From Lingula anatina (taxonomy: Eukaryota > Animalia > Brachiopoda), in assembly GCA_051362555.1 (NCBI GenBank), contig CM120647.1, forward strand, positions 19,630,651 through 19,694,650: DNA of 64,000 nucleotides. The letters are read 5' to 3'. The first letter of the stretch is position 1, and every line of letters starts with the position of its first letter. Both the position numbers and the translations under genes were made by a program. The notes beneath the pieces are model-generated. The model was not told the origin of the DNA. It saw nothing but the letters and a program-made list of their open reading frames with translations, and ran no database searches. Positions 1 to 15,100 of this stretch are shown here, in pieces.

Positions 1-810
1 GCAAGATATCACTCGATGGATGAGAACTGTGAGCAAGTGTGCTGTCATGATGGAGCCTGATGAAACCTAAAGTCAGCTTTTGCAGATTAGTGAGATATCA
101 GCTGATAATATTATGTTCAGTGACACCAGAGGTATCGGAACCTGGTTGGCCATTACGAGACGGAATCTGGTTTTGCTAAAGAATCAATGGATTTCTTGCA
201 CCCCATCAATGGCCAAATGAGTGTTCGTAGAAAATGTTGCAAAATGCCTTTTGGAAGGGTTTGTACAGGATAATTTCGCCTGAGTGTCAAATCAGTCCGC
301 ATTTTGAAAGCATTCCAAGCCCATGGTATTAGTACATTGTTCCCTCTGGAACAGAACGCTACTGGGACATGTTACTGTAAAATTTTCTACAGATATCTCA
401 CTCCATGTACAAGAAGTGATTTCAGGGATGATACTGGCTTCATCGTGCTAACGTACTTGCTCACAGCGTTCGTCTGGGATTGATTTGTTGCAGAAACGGA
501 ATGTTCTGAGGATGGGCCAGCCATCTTTGTGCCCTGATATTAACCCTAATGAACACCTGTGGTATTGTGGCATGAATTGGAGTGTGCAATGCAGAGGAGT
601 ACCAATCCCCAAATAATCTGGTCAAACTCCGCCAAGATTTAAGGAAGAATGGGTCAATATCACGCAAAACAGAATTGTAACCCTTGTCAAAGGCTTGTCG
701 GGCCCCCTACCACAGATAATTGTAGTGGGTGGTAGACACACACGCTATTAGACGTTTAACGTTCATCCTAATGCTAAATTTGTATAAACTTGTCGTTATT
801 TAGTGGTGTC
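1..810 (+). mobile_element. Degenerate Tc1/mariner transposase remnant
   Basis: Frameshifted translation near 500-562 gives ...SLCPDINPNEHLW, matching the Tc1 WPxxSPDLNPIEHLW motif. An FSD-like motif lies near 115. Many stops; boundaries approximate. Confidence 0.7.
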
Positions 811-904
811 TATTTCAATGTTATGGATAATTCATTAACTGCGATTAATTAAGCATACATGTATTTACATTGGATATCGTGAGGAATTGTTAATAATCTC
901 TTAC

Positions 905-2036
905 CTCTCTCAGCTAATGCCATCAGGAAGAATCCACCAGCACACAGGCATCTTGAAGAAAATCAAAAGAATTATAATAAAACTTCGCTGATGCTCTCAA
1001 AGTTATATTAAATTACAAGAAATTGGCATTTTATTTGGGCAACACTACCTGTCAGCTTCTTTCATAGGCATAATATTCATGGTAAAACAATTGACAGCTA
1101 AAGCGACCATAGTTTGGTTGATTTTGTCCATTTTTCAGTTGCTATTTTAGTTTCATTTATCCTGCAAGCACGGGTAAGGTTATATTAAGGGGTTTCCGAT
1201 TGAATAGTTGCAGCTTTGCTACATGTAATATGCAAACTGTTTATTTATACAGATATAGTTCTATACTTTTTATATCTGATGTATTTTAGTTAATCTTTAA
1301 TTCAGACTGCAAAATGCGGGTGTCTGTGCCCTCGATCTTCACTGAAGCTTGGCTAAATGGACAGGCTTCAGTGATCAGCATATCGCCACGGTCATATAAC
1401 ATACCTAGGTTATAACTGTATTAAATCTTGTCTGAGTCCTTTACCGACAGTTGTACAGTAATGTAGTCACAGTATACTTATACCGCGTGCTACCACAGTA
1501 GCTTCGTTCATTCTGTAGCAACCAATAATTACCAGCAAATAGGTAGATGCACTAATTATATTAATGTAGAATTACTGGTGGATGAACAAAAAACTCTTTA
1601 TAATTTGACGATAATAAATCGTAAGCGACGGTTGTACACTAATGAAGTCACAGTATACTTACACGGATAGGATCCTCACACATACTGTACCGCAGTGATC
1701 ATAGATATACCCCAGCACGGGAAGAGACACTAAGCAGATTATAGCGACAGTGTAAACTAGATTTAGCATCTCTTCCTGCTCAGTACACTTTTGAACGTGA
1801 TCTGCATCCTGATCTTCTGTGCAATTCCCAAGAACACTACAGGCATGTTCTACCGTGTTAATACTAGCATTGACTTTGGGATCAAAGTGACAACGGGAGT
1901 AGTAAAATTGTTCCTCAATGAATATATACACAAATGCTGGCCATCCGAATATCGTACATGAGTAAATGGCAGCTTCTAAGATTCCAAGGGCGGTGCAGAA
2001 TAGTCTCCAACACGTTGTGCGTGCCATGTCGTCCAT
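905..2036 (-). CDS. SLC43-family (LAT3/LAT4/ENBT1-like MFS) transporter, copy A, first two coding exons (2036-1663, 951-905); continues off the left edge
   Basis: The N-terminal TM with IFGWPAFVYIF, Cys-rich loop, CTEQEEMLNLVY and GYIYDHCG are typical of SLC43. GT/AG sites are present. Near-identical to the exon at 34437-34810. Confidence 0.8.
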
Positions 2037-2592
2037 CCCTTATGGTTTAACCAGGAATAGGCCGGAGTTAAGTAAAGTAAATAGTGACTCAGGTATATCT
2101 ACACGAGAAAATTACTGCAATTTGATATAATAGCCATTGGTAAACTAGTCATACCTTTGTTAAGATTATAAAAACCGAATGTGCTATAAGGGCTGACATA
2201 AAACGTGTTTAATTTCAGATTAATGATTGTTCTCAAACCTGTAGGTGTTGGTTTATAGTGAATAAAATGATGATTGCATACAGTCAACCAGTCACCAGTG
2301 AAACAGTGGATAACCCATTCATTCCAGCTGATGTTTACCTTTGTCAGTAATTTAACACTGCCTGTATTTCACAAAAGAAGCAGTCCATGTCAACCATACA
2401 AAACTGAGGATCCCATTCGGGATAAATAAATCTATGCATATAAGTAGGGCGAAGAATAAAAAGCCGTATTCATGAGACAGAAGTATAGAGTGCCTCAATG
2501 ATCATGCTAAATAACATGAACGTTTGTCAGAGAAAAAAGTGGCTTCAAAAATGAAATATAAAGATAAACGATATTAATCTACAACCCATACA

Positions 2593-2633
<41 letters not shown>

Positions 2634-3049
2634 CACACATACACACATAATTAAAACAGAAATGTGTTTATGCTTATAAATTATAATAGTGCGTTTAAAG
2701 GTTTTAATCTAAAAACTCTCTGTGCATTATCCCAGAATTATCCTAAATGCTCCTTTATTTCAGTAATGTAATTGGGTTATTGAATGTTACAGCACTCATT
2801 TACTGGGTGGGAGCCATACTACATGCAATACTATTGTATAATATTATGTAATACCATAGTATAAACACCATATACAGATATGTGCGTATGTGAGGGTAAT
2901 CACCTTGAACTCATCGACGCCTCATACATAGGGACCTGTTGTTTTTTATTTCACGTATTTTGAAACACACACTTTAATTAATACTGTGGAATACTTAGCC
3001 TGTATCGATTCGTGTAGGTGTGAGCATATTTATCTGCTGGTGCATTACG

Positions 3050-3222
3050 TTTAATAGAACAGGGACAGAATCACTGACGTCTGCGGCACTGAATGTCAAA
3101 CAGGTGAGCGTTGCTTTTGTCTTGGGAACTGGGGTAGCCACCTTGGCGTCAGTTTTGTTAACTGTACCCATCCCAGTTGGTGCAATAGAGCTCCTGGGAA
3201 CAGCAGCCCTCTGTAATTCCTG
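3050..3222 (-). pseudogene. Orphan paralogous copy of SLC43 exon 3
   Basis: Aligns by eye to exon 9049-9218 (LLFPGA...QL...). It is frame-disrupted and has no neighbouring exons. Confidence 0.6.
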
Positions 3223-4379
3223 TCAAGGTTGAACTTCTTCAATGTGTTTTCATTATTCACCCAATGTTTCGATCTGTTTCTGCAATGCTTTGATAATTTC
3301 ATTTTGGATTTCTGGACTTTGTATGCAGTTATTCTATCTGCAAATTTACTAAAGGCCCCGTCACACTTATTCGGAATCAGCAGGAATCAAGCAGAATGAG
3401 CCTAAATGAAATTTTTTCAAAATTCGCACCACATTCGGGAAGAAAGTTCAAATTGACCTACCGTATATTCTTGTAAGAGTACCGTTGGAATTAGCATTAA
3501 ATAAGTAACATCCCCCTCGAGATCCAAATATTATTTCAGAAATGTCAAAATATCATAGAATCGCATTTTTTTTCCAATTGCACCAAGTACTTGAACAAAA
3601 TGAAACTTTTTGACAATGTTTCTGGTGAAGATACGTTACGTAGTATTAGTCATGACGCAAATCCCCTTGAGTTACAGTTTAAATATAAAAACACATCCTT
3701 ACATCATGCATTATTTACCATGACTGAATCACTAAAAATAAATCGGAACGTGGTATAAAAATTATAATTAAATGACACGGAACATACTTTACCATTTAGA
3801 GCTCTTTACGTAATGTAAAGACATGGTAAAAATTAAAATTTAAATTGAGACTGTCGTGGATTTTTGTATACACATATATTTCTTATATAGATACAACTTT
3901 GATTAAGCATGTAAACTGCACCTCTATATTGGGTTTGCGTGTGCAATCGGGTCTCTCCTCTTTTATTTTATAGATCAAGGCCGGACGAAAGCACTCTTCT
4001 GAGCCTCGGAGATGATTAGAATTTTTTCAAGTTTACACAGATGGGCATCTAATTTTTATGTCGGAAATTCAACATACAATCCAGATGACTAAAAAAATAT
4101 CCGTTAATCTGCCCCTATATATGTATATACACACACTGGACAATAGAAGTGTCACCCCTACTGAGACAAAACTTTGGGGGAGATAAATGACTGCTCCTGG
4201 AATAATTGTATTCAAATCAAATTTCACAAAAAGACCAACAATACAATTCCATGGTACAGCGGTTTTATACTCATTAGATACATCATAAGTAGACCAGGCA
4301 TTATAACTACTCAAGATCTACCTACTTTGATTACCATCAAGTCCTACACAAAAAGCTGCAGCTGTACAAATGTAATGAG

Positions 4380-6026
4380 CAAGCACTCTCATTGTTTACA
4401 TCATATCTCACAAACAGGAAACAGCAGACAATATTTCAAAATGAAATATCTGAACCCGTACCAATCACTTGTGGAGTCTCCCAAGGCTCCATCTTAGGGC
4501 CTTTGTTTTTTATCATTTTCATTAATGACCTGCCACTTCATATTGATAATGGAGAAATTGATATGTATGCTGATGATTCAGCAGACATGCTGAAAACTTT
4601 TCAGAGTGGACAGACATTTAGACCGGTAGTAATGAAAAATTTGCCGGACCGAATGGATTTTTGTCGGACAGAAAATTACCCTATTCGCTTGAGACAGATA
4701 CTACCAGTACGATTAGGTAGCTTACTTTGTTTGTGAATGTGATGGATTTGAAATGGAAGGGAACAAACGCTTCGGGTTTTATATACTTTTATTACGGAAG
4801 TATGTCAAATGATGACTCTAAATTCAAAAGTGTGGCTCTTAAAACTCTTGTCGGTCCACGCCAAATTTTTTTACCGGTCCAGACAAATTTTCCCGGTCAT
4901 GACCGATCGGATCGACAGATTCATTCAGTGGTGACTGTATAATTACAGTCACTGCTAAATCTGTACCAGAACTAAATGTCAAATTAAATAAGAGCATGGA
5001 ACATGTTTTATTGTGGTTCAGGTGACATATATGAAAAAAAAAAATCAATGCTTATAACAACTAGACAAAAACGTGCAAAAATTCCAAAAAAACTGAACAG
5101 CCATTAAAAGTTATGTTCAATGGGGACATTTTAGATAATGTACAAACAAAAAACTATAAGGTGTATACGTTAATGAAAATCTTAGCTGGAATGACTATGT
5201 GCAGAATTTGAAAAAAGAATTAACAATAAACTTTTCCTTCTATCCAAACTAAAACGGCACTTAACATTGGAAACAAGGGCACTGTTTTATAATACACATT
5301 TACTACCACATCTGGATCACTGCTGCATTATATGGAGCAGCTGTGCACAACTAGAAAATATAGACAAATTCCAAAAACGTGGAGCAGAAATCATTCTCGA
5401 TATCCCAGATAAAGAAGCCAAGAAACAATATATCCAACAACTGAACTACTGAAGAACCTAAAATGGCAAACAATCTATGAAAGGATAGAATTTAAGAAAG
5501 CAACATTAGTTCTTAAAGCTTAAATAGACTTTCACCTAAATACATCAAAGACTTACTGGGAATTACAACTATAGACACTCTGCAAGCAGAATCACCCGAT
5601 CAAATAATAAGGGAAATATCTATTTACCAGTTGGCAGACATAAAGTCATACTATATGTAACTAAAGGCCCAGTATGGACCTCGATTAAAATATGGAACTC
5701 CCTACACTCTGAAATCAAAAAAACCCAAAGACTTGTATACTTTTAAAATATTGTTTTTAAAAAAACAAAAATTAATCTTAAGTATTTACTTTTAAGTCAT
5801 GTAGCTCTAGGATTTTTACTAACATATAATGTCTTCTGTCTTATTATTTTTGTTCTTCAAACTTCATTTTACCTCATTGTCATTTTAATTTCATAACTTA
5901 TTCATTTTTTATTCATTAGCACAATATTTCATTTTAACCCCCTAGAGGGCCATGTGTAGGCTAATTGTGAGCACTTAACATGTTTTCGCCTCTTTAAATA
6001 AAGTTTATTATTATTATTATTATTAC

Positions 6027-6060
<34 letters not shown>
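4380..6060 (+). mobile_element. 5'-truncated, decayed non-LTR retrotransposon (CR1/L2-like RT) with (TTA)n tail
   Basis: SYLTNRKQ...GVSQGSILGPLFFIIFINDLP...MYADDS, then LLPHLDHCCIIWS downstream. AATAAA followed by (ATT)n at 6004-6060. Confidence 0.85.
4582..4937. mobile_element. Small non-autonomous DNA element inserted immediately after YADDS of the LINE RT
   Basis: RT homology stops at 4581 and resumes at ~4940 (ITVTAKSVPELN). Imperfect terminal inverted repeats CAGACATGCTGAA / TTCAGTGGTGACTG. No clear TSD. Confidence 0.55.
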
Positions 6061-6062
<2 letters not shown>

Positions 6063-6174
6063 TCTGATTCAGAGGTGATACTCCTATTGTCACTTGTGTG
6101 CACATGTATTTCTCGATTTAAGAGAGGTTACATTAACCGGGCAAATATTTGAACGTCTTGGTAAAACTGTATTC

Positions 6175-9100
6175 TCATGGGGCAGGAGTATATCTAACAC
6201 ACCACTCGTCTTGTCTGGAGGAGCTGAAGCCATGTTGACTCGTGTCCTGGCTGGGAATCTGAAGCGTGTAGCTATTATTCCTCGTGGAGCTACACCGACG
6301 CCAAAGAAGGTAAAAAGGCAAACAGCTGGCGGTGAGACACATTCCCAGGAACAATAGTCCCAACTGTGAAAATTAAATAAAAGACATATATTTATTTACC
6401 ACGCCGAGTTTTCACCATTATCACACTATAAATCAAAGTATTGGAACTATTGTTGTTTCTTACAATAAGATTTTTACAGTAGTCGGTAGTCAACACCAAG
6501 CTTTGAAAAAGTAATTTAAACCCACTATTTGTTTTGCAGTTGTTCGTGATTTGCATCGTGTCGCCATGTGGAGATTTGATTACTTAATTTAACTCTATAT
6601 TACCTGATATATAACAATGTCGGTTCCCATACTTACCCAGAATGGGTCACTTTCCAGGCTGTACTTATACCAGGCGAATATTGGATACTCAACAAAGGTG
6701 AACAAAAATCCGATACCAATTTGTATTCCATAGGTCTTCCCAAAATGTTCTTTTGGAAACCTATAATTTGAATGTTTTAATGGCATTATACCGTGTAAAT
6801 ATTGCTTTTTTTAAACCAAAGAAGCTTACTGGAAAGGTGGAAATACATGCTCGTAGACGGAGTCACCAAATCTATACTTACGCGGAAGCTATATAGGTCA
6901 TATTTGTGGCGTAACTCCCGGTTTTCAACATAGAATGAAACAAAATGGCCACAAACTGCAACTCGATAATGGGGATGATGCACGCAATGGAGGCGATGAA
7001 TCCTGCCAAAACTGTGAGGAAAAATGGAACCACGAAGCATCGCTCTTTTTCTGAAATATGCATGTATAATGGTATCAGTACATGAATAATATACGTGTTT
7101 CTCCAATACCATGTCTATACTGTATTAGTATATCGCATTTTTTACTAATGTGAAGATAATCGGTATATATATTACTCATAAATGGTCTTGAGTAGGCTCC
7201 AATTGTCAGGGAATACAGATGCACTTTCTCTCTATACGAAGAGTGTCATTTCCGTTGCTGTCAACAAAAATCATGAAATATCCAGTGTCATTTCTCCCAT
7301 TATGTTGTGTAGGCGGGTCGATTCAGTTTGATCATAATGCATAGAGACTATAAGATGAGAGAACAAAAGTTGCCACTGTTGTCTCAGAGGGTTTATGATA
7401 TAGCATGGCATTTCAACTTTGATGCAGATAATCTCTTTCAAAGTTAAATGATTTACGATTTTACTCTGACGTCTAAATCCCGTTGTTGGCTTTATTGAAA
7501 TTAATATATTGAAGTAATCGTTAGACAGCGACGGCTCACAAAACCATGGCAACACCATATGGAAAATAGCCACAGAAGCTACTATTTTTAAATTGTTACG
7601 ATACACGATGAACATCCGCTGCAGCTATAACCTGAAATCGTGTATATGATCTTAAAAAAAGGAAACAAGCCACATCTCGACTAGGTAATATCACATTCAT
7701 GTTATTTACCGTATGTGGTTGCCCTGGAAACAAGTTTATCCAACATCAAACCAGTCAGCAAGGCCCAGAACAGAGAACCCACTTGGAACCAGGAATACAC
7801 GTCTGTATACGTACTTACTGAAATGCAATTAGAACTAGTATGGATAGATTCACGTTGTCTTTTGTGTAAAGATGGCGAAAATTAAAGGACACAAGAAAGA
7901 TAGAAAGAGATGCATGCGTTGCACGTTAAACATGTTTATGCAGCAAACAGGTTACAGTGATAATATACGTGTAAACCAATTACCTTTATCTTTGACATTA
8001 TTTCCATAGTAATTGATTATTGCGTAAAAACTGCCTTGATATGTGACAATGAGGGTATTTTGGCACAAAAACCACAGCATCAAGACCCAAAATGCTGGGA
8101 GTTTGAGGATCAGTAGCGTGTCATGTAGAAAACAGTTGTTAGCACTTTCGCCATTTTCCTTGCTTAGGGAGTTTTCTATTTCGCACGATATCTGCTCAAT
8201 TCCGTCGACTTGCATTTCTGTAGGATTGGTATTATTCTTATGTTGACAACTGGTTGCTTTATTAAAATCATGATGCCCAATAATTTCATCGGCTTCTTCC
8301 CGAGTGACATCTCCATCTGCTTTCACTTTACTTGTTAACTCTGGAGTGATATTTCCAATGAAACGAACACCACACTTTTGTTCTGTACTTTCATCATCAA
8401 GTTTGTATGCTGTCTTTGGCAAACTTTGCTCTAAAACTTGATTATTATCAATCGTTTCATTTGTTGCTGGTACATTCAAGTCAGGTTGGTCGGCGTTTCT
8501 ACAAGTATTGGTGTTGGGTTTAGATGATTTTTCAGTAACACCCTGCCGCTTGCGTATCTTAAAGCAACAATCTTTGTCAATGTTGTTCCCGTCGTCATCT
8601 TGTCTAGGTGGAAGGGTGATTGTGTTGACAGAAGACAGAAAAAGTATGATAGCGGCAAAGGTGAACATGCACGTTTTATACGAAACTCCGGTCTGGTACG
8701 CCATCTGCAATTGGATAAATAACGTGCTATTTGAAAAATGTAGTTTATTCTAGATATATTAAAAATTGCAAAATTCCAAATACGTATGAGTTTATATAGT
8801 ATGGGGACCGTTAAATACCAACAACAGCACTGATATGAATGATAAATTGTAACGTTTATGGTACTTTATATGGCGTTGCGGACATTTTTGTTTTGAAAAA
8901 TCTTTCAGGAAGGTTACTTTTGTCTTCAAAGATAAGTGTCCGTAACTACTAGTTGTCACTAGATGAATTAGTTTATGCCATATCAAACAGGTAATTACCG
9001 ATGCGTTCGTCAGGTTTTAAGGGACAAAGCAAACACGTTTAACATTACCTTTAACAGAATAGGAGCAAAACCACTGACGTCCATGGCACCGGAAATCAGA

Positions 9101-12100
9101 CAAATGAGTGTTGACCTTAGCTTAGGAAATAGTACAGCCACTTGGACGTCAGTTACTGCCAGCTGGATGCTTCCAAGCAGGTGAAATACAGCCCCAGGGA
9201 ATAACAGCCATTCTGTTCCTATAAAGAATATTAAATGCCTCGATCTTGATTATAGCCTCAATTCTCCAGGAATTAATAATTTAATAACTTCATTTTGGTT
9301 TTCTGGTCATTATATACAGAAGTTTATTTACATGAACTGAAACAAATTTTGAAAAAACCTATAACCCTGAGGACATCAGACCAATACAGTGTATCACTGA
9401 TCATAGATCGATGCTTATTGGAAGTTATTACTTATTTCTAACGGTTTCCTTGGGACGCCACCTTTTCATGTGGCAAGTTAGTCATTTTTAAATGATTCAT
9501 TTCTGGTTTATTCCGTGCCAGGTAGACTTTTTCTGGAAGAATGAATAAACTTCCCCTACTAACGAATCTGTGCTCTACCACTCACTGCGCTTGGAATCGA
9601 TGTTTTATAGCATTTCTAATCTAAAATATTACTGGGCCGTTTAAACTGCCTTGTTTCATTATACATCTCAGAAGGAAATATCGACATAAAGCACTACATG
9701 TATGATTTGCCTGACTTGTTAAGGACATTTAAACGCGGATTGTGTATTTCTTAATATGATGAAACTGAATATGTATACTATATTAAAATTGTTTTTGCCT
9801 CAAAAGAACTCACATAAATGGAAAAAATAGTTATAAGTAAATGGAAAAAATTGCCGATTAAAGTGTGTTCAAAATACAATACATTCAAGTAGACTATTTA
9901 AAGATTATCCTGTCGTTTTCTCACCTATTTGCTGAATCTATACCATTGAGTTTGTCTTTTATCTGCGTCATCCCAGATAGCAAGAAGGCGTAAGGCCGAC
10001 CAGTACACTGGGCCAACGTCGGGCCAGCAACAGTGCCGGCGTCGGGCCGACGTCCGTGCTCATCGGCCATCTGTTGGCCCGACGTCGGCCCAACGTCGTT
10101 TTGCCGACCAGCTGACGTTAGCCCGATGGTGGGCCGACGTTGGCCCGATGGTGGGTAATGGTTGGCCCGATGGTGGCCCAGCATCAGGGTTATGACGTTG
10201 GGCCGACGTTGGCCCATTGTAATTATACCAACCAGCTTATTGGCCCTGCATAAGCCCAAAATTAACTATTTTATTTTAAAGTAAGTGATTAACTTTACGA
10301 AATTATAAGCAAAAACAACAACAATAACAATTTCCATCTGTCTGCAACACAAAATATATTCTTTATTATATCATAGTACATATAAACCGAGCATCAGTGG
10401 AGCGTGGATTCCCTGTAACGTATAAAACCACTCCTAATAGTTTCTTACACGACTCAAATAAGTTCAACATGCCAAGGGATAAACTGAATAAATCACTCAA
10501 TCAGCCATAAAAGAGCTTTAGACTGCTAGTTCCTTCCTTTAATTTTTTGTTCAGAAATTTAACCTATTATTGTGACCTTCTTTTCTACTCCATTGATATA
10601 CAGCATAGAATGCTAGCAGAGAAATCCATTCAAATATCATCTTTCATGCAAAATTAAACAATGCCTTTTGGTAATTCCCCTAGTTATACTACTTGAAACT
10701 ATATACTGACATTTGGTTGGCTTTTGTGGCAAAAAATTGACTTCGTATGCATCTTTAAAGGTCTCTATAGCTTTTTTAAAGGTCTCTGCATCTATAAGTC
10801 ACCAATTTCGGGCTAAGGCCCTTCAGCCTGACGCATTCTTCTTTTTCTGCCCCATTCTCGGTCTCCAGCTGTCCTAAACCATTTCTTAATTGTTTCTGTT
10901 ATTTCTGCATCCGTGACCGTTTGACAAACTTTGTTTTTCCTTACTACAGCTGAAAGAGAAGCAAAACAATTAAGATTTTTTTCAATTATCATTATTAGTA
11001 TCATTAACTTCAATCCCAATTAATAACTGAAATAAAATTGAAGACAAGGTTTTCACCATCATTAAAATACATTTCCTTGAAAAGAAAGGAGATTGTCTGA
11101 ACATTAATCAAGAGCATGTAAGAGGCAAAACAAGCATTTAATTTGGAGGCTATTCCAACTATATATGTATTTTGACTACGTATTTCCACATTCATACAAC
11201 TTACTTTCAATCAATGCTCTTGTATTCGAAGTTGCCCGAATGCCAATTTCCCGCCCTTTCCCGTCCAATTAATCTGTGTTGCAACTTCATTTGTCATAAT
11301 ATGTAATAAAATATTCCTTGTTGTTCCTGTTGGATTACCACCCCCGATGGTTTGCAAGATTCCTACCTGCAAGAGGAAAATTATAGCATTTTATCTGAAG
11401 TCCTTAGAGTTAATAAAAAAATTGGAAAATTTCCTTTTCATTTGTATTTTTTTTTTCAGATAAAATTGTGACAATTTTCTACACACAAGCTACAAAAAAA
11501 CATTTCCACATAGTATAAGAACCATTATATTCTTTGTATGTTCTTGAAAATTCTTGCTACACCAAGAAAAGTTATTATATTAAAATAAAACCATGTATGT
11601 ATATTTACCATGTTCTTGAACTCTTGTTCCTCCTTCAAAGAGTTTTCAAAATCAATAAGTGCATTTGTTGTTTTTAGCAGGAAAAATGAAGATGGTAATT
11701 CCACTGATGCTGTATTTTCCACGCATTTTTTTTTTTTTTTTTTTTTTGAGCCAGCATTTTATGGATAAGTGTGGTGTTCACCTTTACTTGCTCTTTTACT
11801 TCTTCTAGAAGTGTTATCATTTTGCTAAAAAAATGCTAAAAAAAATACATGCATTAGTTATACAATTGAAGTGTAAACTAAAAGTTTTGGCATATGTATT
11901 AGTAGGCTACTTATTTAATTGCTACAAAAATAGAAGTTGCAAATGTAATTTTGAAGAATTATCATCACTTTTATAACATTCTGGCACTCAATTAACTTAT
12001 GTTTATTTACTTTCTACCTTTAATTAGAAAAAATATATGCAAAACTTATGACATGTATGCTTACTTGTTGATCTATTTTCAAAAAGGCTTTGTCCAGTTG

Positions 12101-15100
12101 GGGGGTTAGGCAAATTGATTCTTTTTTGGGTCCTGTCTGTTTTGGTTATGGTTGGAAGTTCCTCTTCCTCATCCGACACATCTGACTCTGACTCTGACTC
12201 ATAACGAGGATTTGGTCTGTTAAAAGAAAGAAGAATGTGAAGTCATAGAATACAGGTAAGTAGAAGTATGCAAATGGGGATCAGGGCTTCAGATGTTTAT
12301 ATGGCAAAATTATTTGCACTATTTTAAGCATTTTTGTACATTATTTGGGTCTGCAATTTATCAGCTAGGTGTTGAATAAATGCAGTATATATCAGTACTA
12401 GTACTATAGCTTTGTTTTAGGTATTGTTTTAAATGTAACTGATATTTAGAATATAATATTTCCCCAATAATGAACGTTTTATTTCATTGAATATTTTTTA
12501 TCCTATTTCAAATGAAACATGTAGATTGCTATAGTTGAGCCTTCTTTGAGGTGTTCTCATCAAGCACAATCATATCCTCTTGTGTGCAGTCGTTTTTTTG
12601 TAAATGGAGGATAAAAAGTTTACTTTTCCACATTGCCTTCATTTACAAATAACGACTGCTAGTCATTCCGTGGTATTGGAACTGGGTAAGTATTTTAAAA
12701 TGATGTGTTATTTATGTGCCTGACATTTTCCTAAAAACTGAGGCTCAGGCGTATACACATTAAAAAGCTGTACGAAATCTAGTAGCAAATAAGATGAAGA
12801 AAGCTATGCATTTTCAAATACCAAAGTCTGTTCCAGTTTACAGAATGAGTATGTGAGTAGTCTGCATGAAAACCAGGCTAAACTTGCAAGTTATCAAAAA
12901 TAATCTTGTTCATCTCGTAGATCAAAAATTAACTGACAAGTTGTTGAAAGATAACTTGAAAGCATTGTGTAAATGGTATTGTAACATTAAGTGAATGTTT
13001 ACTGCCTGGTATTTGGTGCTCCATTTAATTTTAGAAATCAAGTTAATTACATATATTGTAAATTATAATGTGCCAAAGTGTCAACAATTGTTGAATTTAT
13101 AGTCTTAATTTCTTGATATTGAACCTAAAAACTGAAACGACATCTACAAATAGACTGTAAATTCTATTCTGAATTAGCACAGAACATAAGTAATCCATGT
13201 GTAGATATTAGATATGTGATATTGGCTAATATTTTAACACATTTCTTACCTCTTCTTTCTTTTACTCCTCTGAGAAGCTGGAATGATCTCCTCATTTTCT
13301 GTTACAAGGTCTGATTCATACTGGGCGACATTCAGCTTCCTCCTAACTTTGTCAAAGTCATCTGCAAAATAAAATTAATGAATCGACATTGAAATGTCAC
13401 ATTTTGGACTGAAACATGTGAATATGTGTAGCATGCACATTAGTTCTAGATGTTCGAAACATATGATAGAATGCCTAATAGTAGAAAATAATGCTCACCC
13501 TGTTCATATAAAATCCTCACAGTATACTTCTTCCACGAGGATCTGTCCGGGATAAGATGGGCCTTTATGGCAGGCTGTACACTCTTCTCTCTTGAAATGG
13601 GAGGCCAGAACGCATATTTTCTATCCTCTGATAGCCATTTATGTGACACAATAGCTATGACACAATCGTCTGCGAATTCGACCAGGAGAAAGGCCATTTT
13701 TCTAGAATAATTATATTTAAATCAATTAAGTTATAAATTTGAAAGCCAAAACCATGTGCTTCCTTGCTACTGATGTTTTCACAAAGAGTTGAGTCTATAT
13801 AAGAAACAGCAGTATTCTGTAATTTACCAACACATTTAGGGCTGTGATTAGCATGTAAGGCTTAAAATCCTAAAAAGATAATATGATGAGATAATAAAAG
13901 TACACAGGGTCATTGATGTTGATCTAAGTGTACTAATTCACGGATAGATGATCTCAACAATGTCTTTTATTCATTTATTTATTTTTTTTTTTTTTTTTAA
14001 CTTGGATGGAATGTTGGATAGAAAATTATTCACACATGAACCAACATGATTTGTTGCAAAACAATAGTGCCTCACTAGAAAAAGAAAACTTGGAAAAAAA
14101 AAAAATATATATATATATTGGCATGGATGTCTACCATACTGCATCTGTGTATGGGATTGCAATGTGTTTGTGGTGGTATGGCAGAAGAACACATTTTGCT
14201 TCTACTTCAGAAATGGAGGCAATATGAAGGGTGACATCCAGGCCAAACACTTTGCCAATTCCCAGAAGAGTTGATAGGAGAGGACTATCAAAAAAATCTA
14301 CAAAATGTTTAAAAGACTTAAAACAATATAGTACCGATATTTCGCCAGTACTATAAATGAAGAACATACATCTTTTGGGGGCCTAAAAGATTTATTCGTA
14401 TATTCTTATTTTCCAGTTACAATGCATTCTCTTTTATCCTATAGATCATCATTCCAATGTCATGATGTATCACAAAGTCTTTCTCCTACATTACCTTATT
14501 TGGTAATGTAATAATTCCTCAGCTCTTACACAATGTCTATGATTATCCCTTTTTCCATAACTTTCCATCATTACGTCATTACCAAACTATAATCATTCTC
14601 TTATTAGGCAATGGTATGTTACTTGACCTTAGGTCGCCATTTCTATTAATACAGATTTTTCATTGTATCATCCTGAAGGAATGATAACTATACTCCCTTA
14701 TTCTTTTGTTATTATAGAACAACACATGCACTCTTTAACTCTCTTACTTACACTATTTAACCTCTTAACAAATGTATATTGTATTAGTTATGAAAGGTAC
14801 AATGTATTCATTACAATCACAACTTTGTATCTGTACTTTTTTAAAATCATTTTCATTACGATATACACCCTCTCTTCAAATAAATTCGTCCTCGAATTCC
14901 CTTTTTTTATTACGATATACATTCTCTCTATTTTATTGAATGTAGAAGCGCAAGCATTGCATAACTAAAAAAAAAAACTATTTAAAAATTTTTAAAATAC
15001 TGTTGTTAGACTTTATAATATGGTATAATATAGATATATATAGTTATTTAGTTGACATGAAACAATTAATATATTAGAAAGGATAAATACTACTAATCAA

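Noticed and set aside
3352-3490. Harbinger-like terminus AGGCCCCGTCACACT
   Set aside because: Only one end is visible, with no matching TIR.
9921-10259. ORFs at the CACTA ends (also 33483-33939)
   Set aside because: Artefacts of GC-rich subterminal repeats.
14663-14968. ORF in the LTR (also 25613-25822)
   Set aside because: Antisense, AT-rich and non-ATG start; it is duplicated only because it lies in the LTR.
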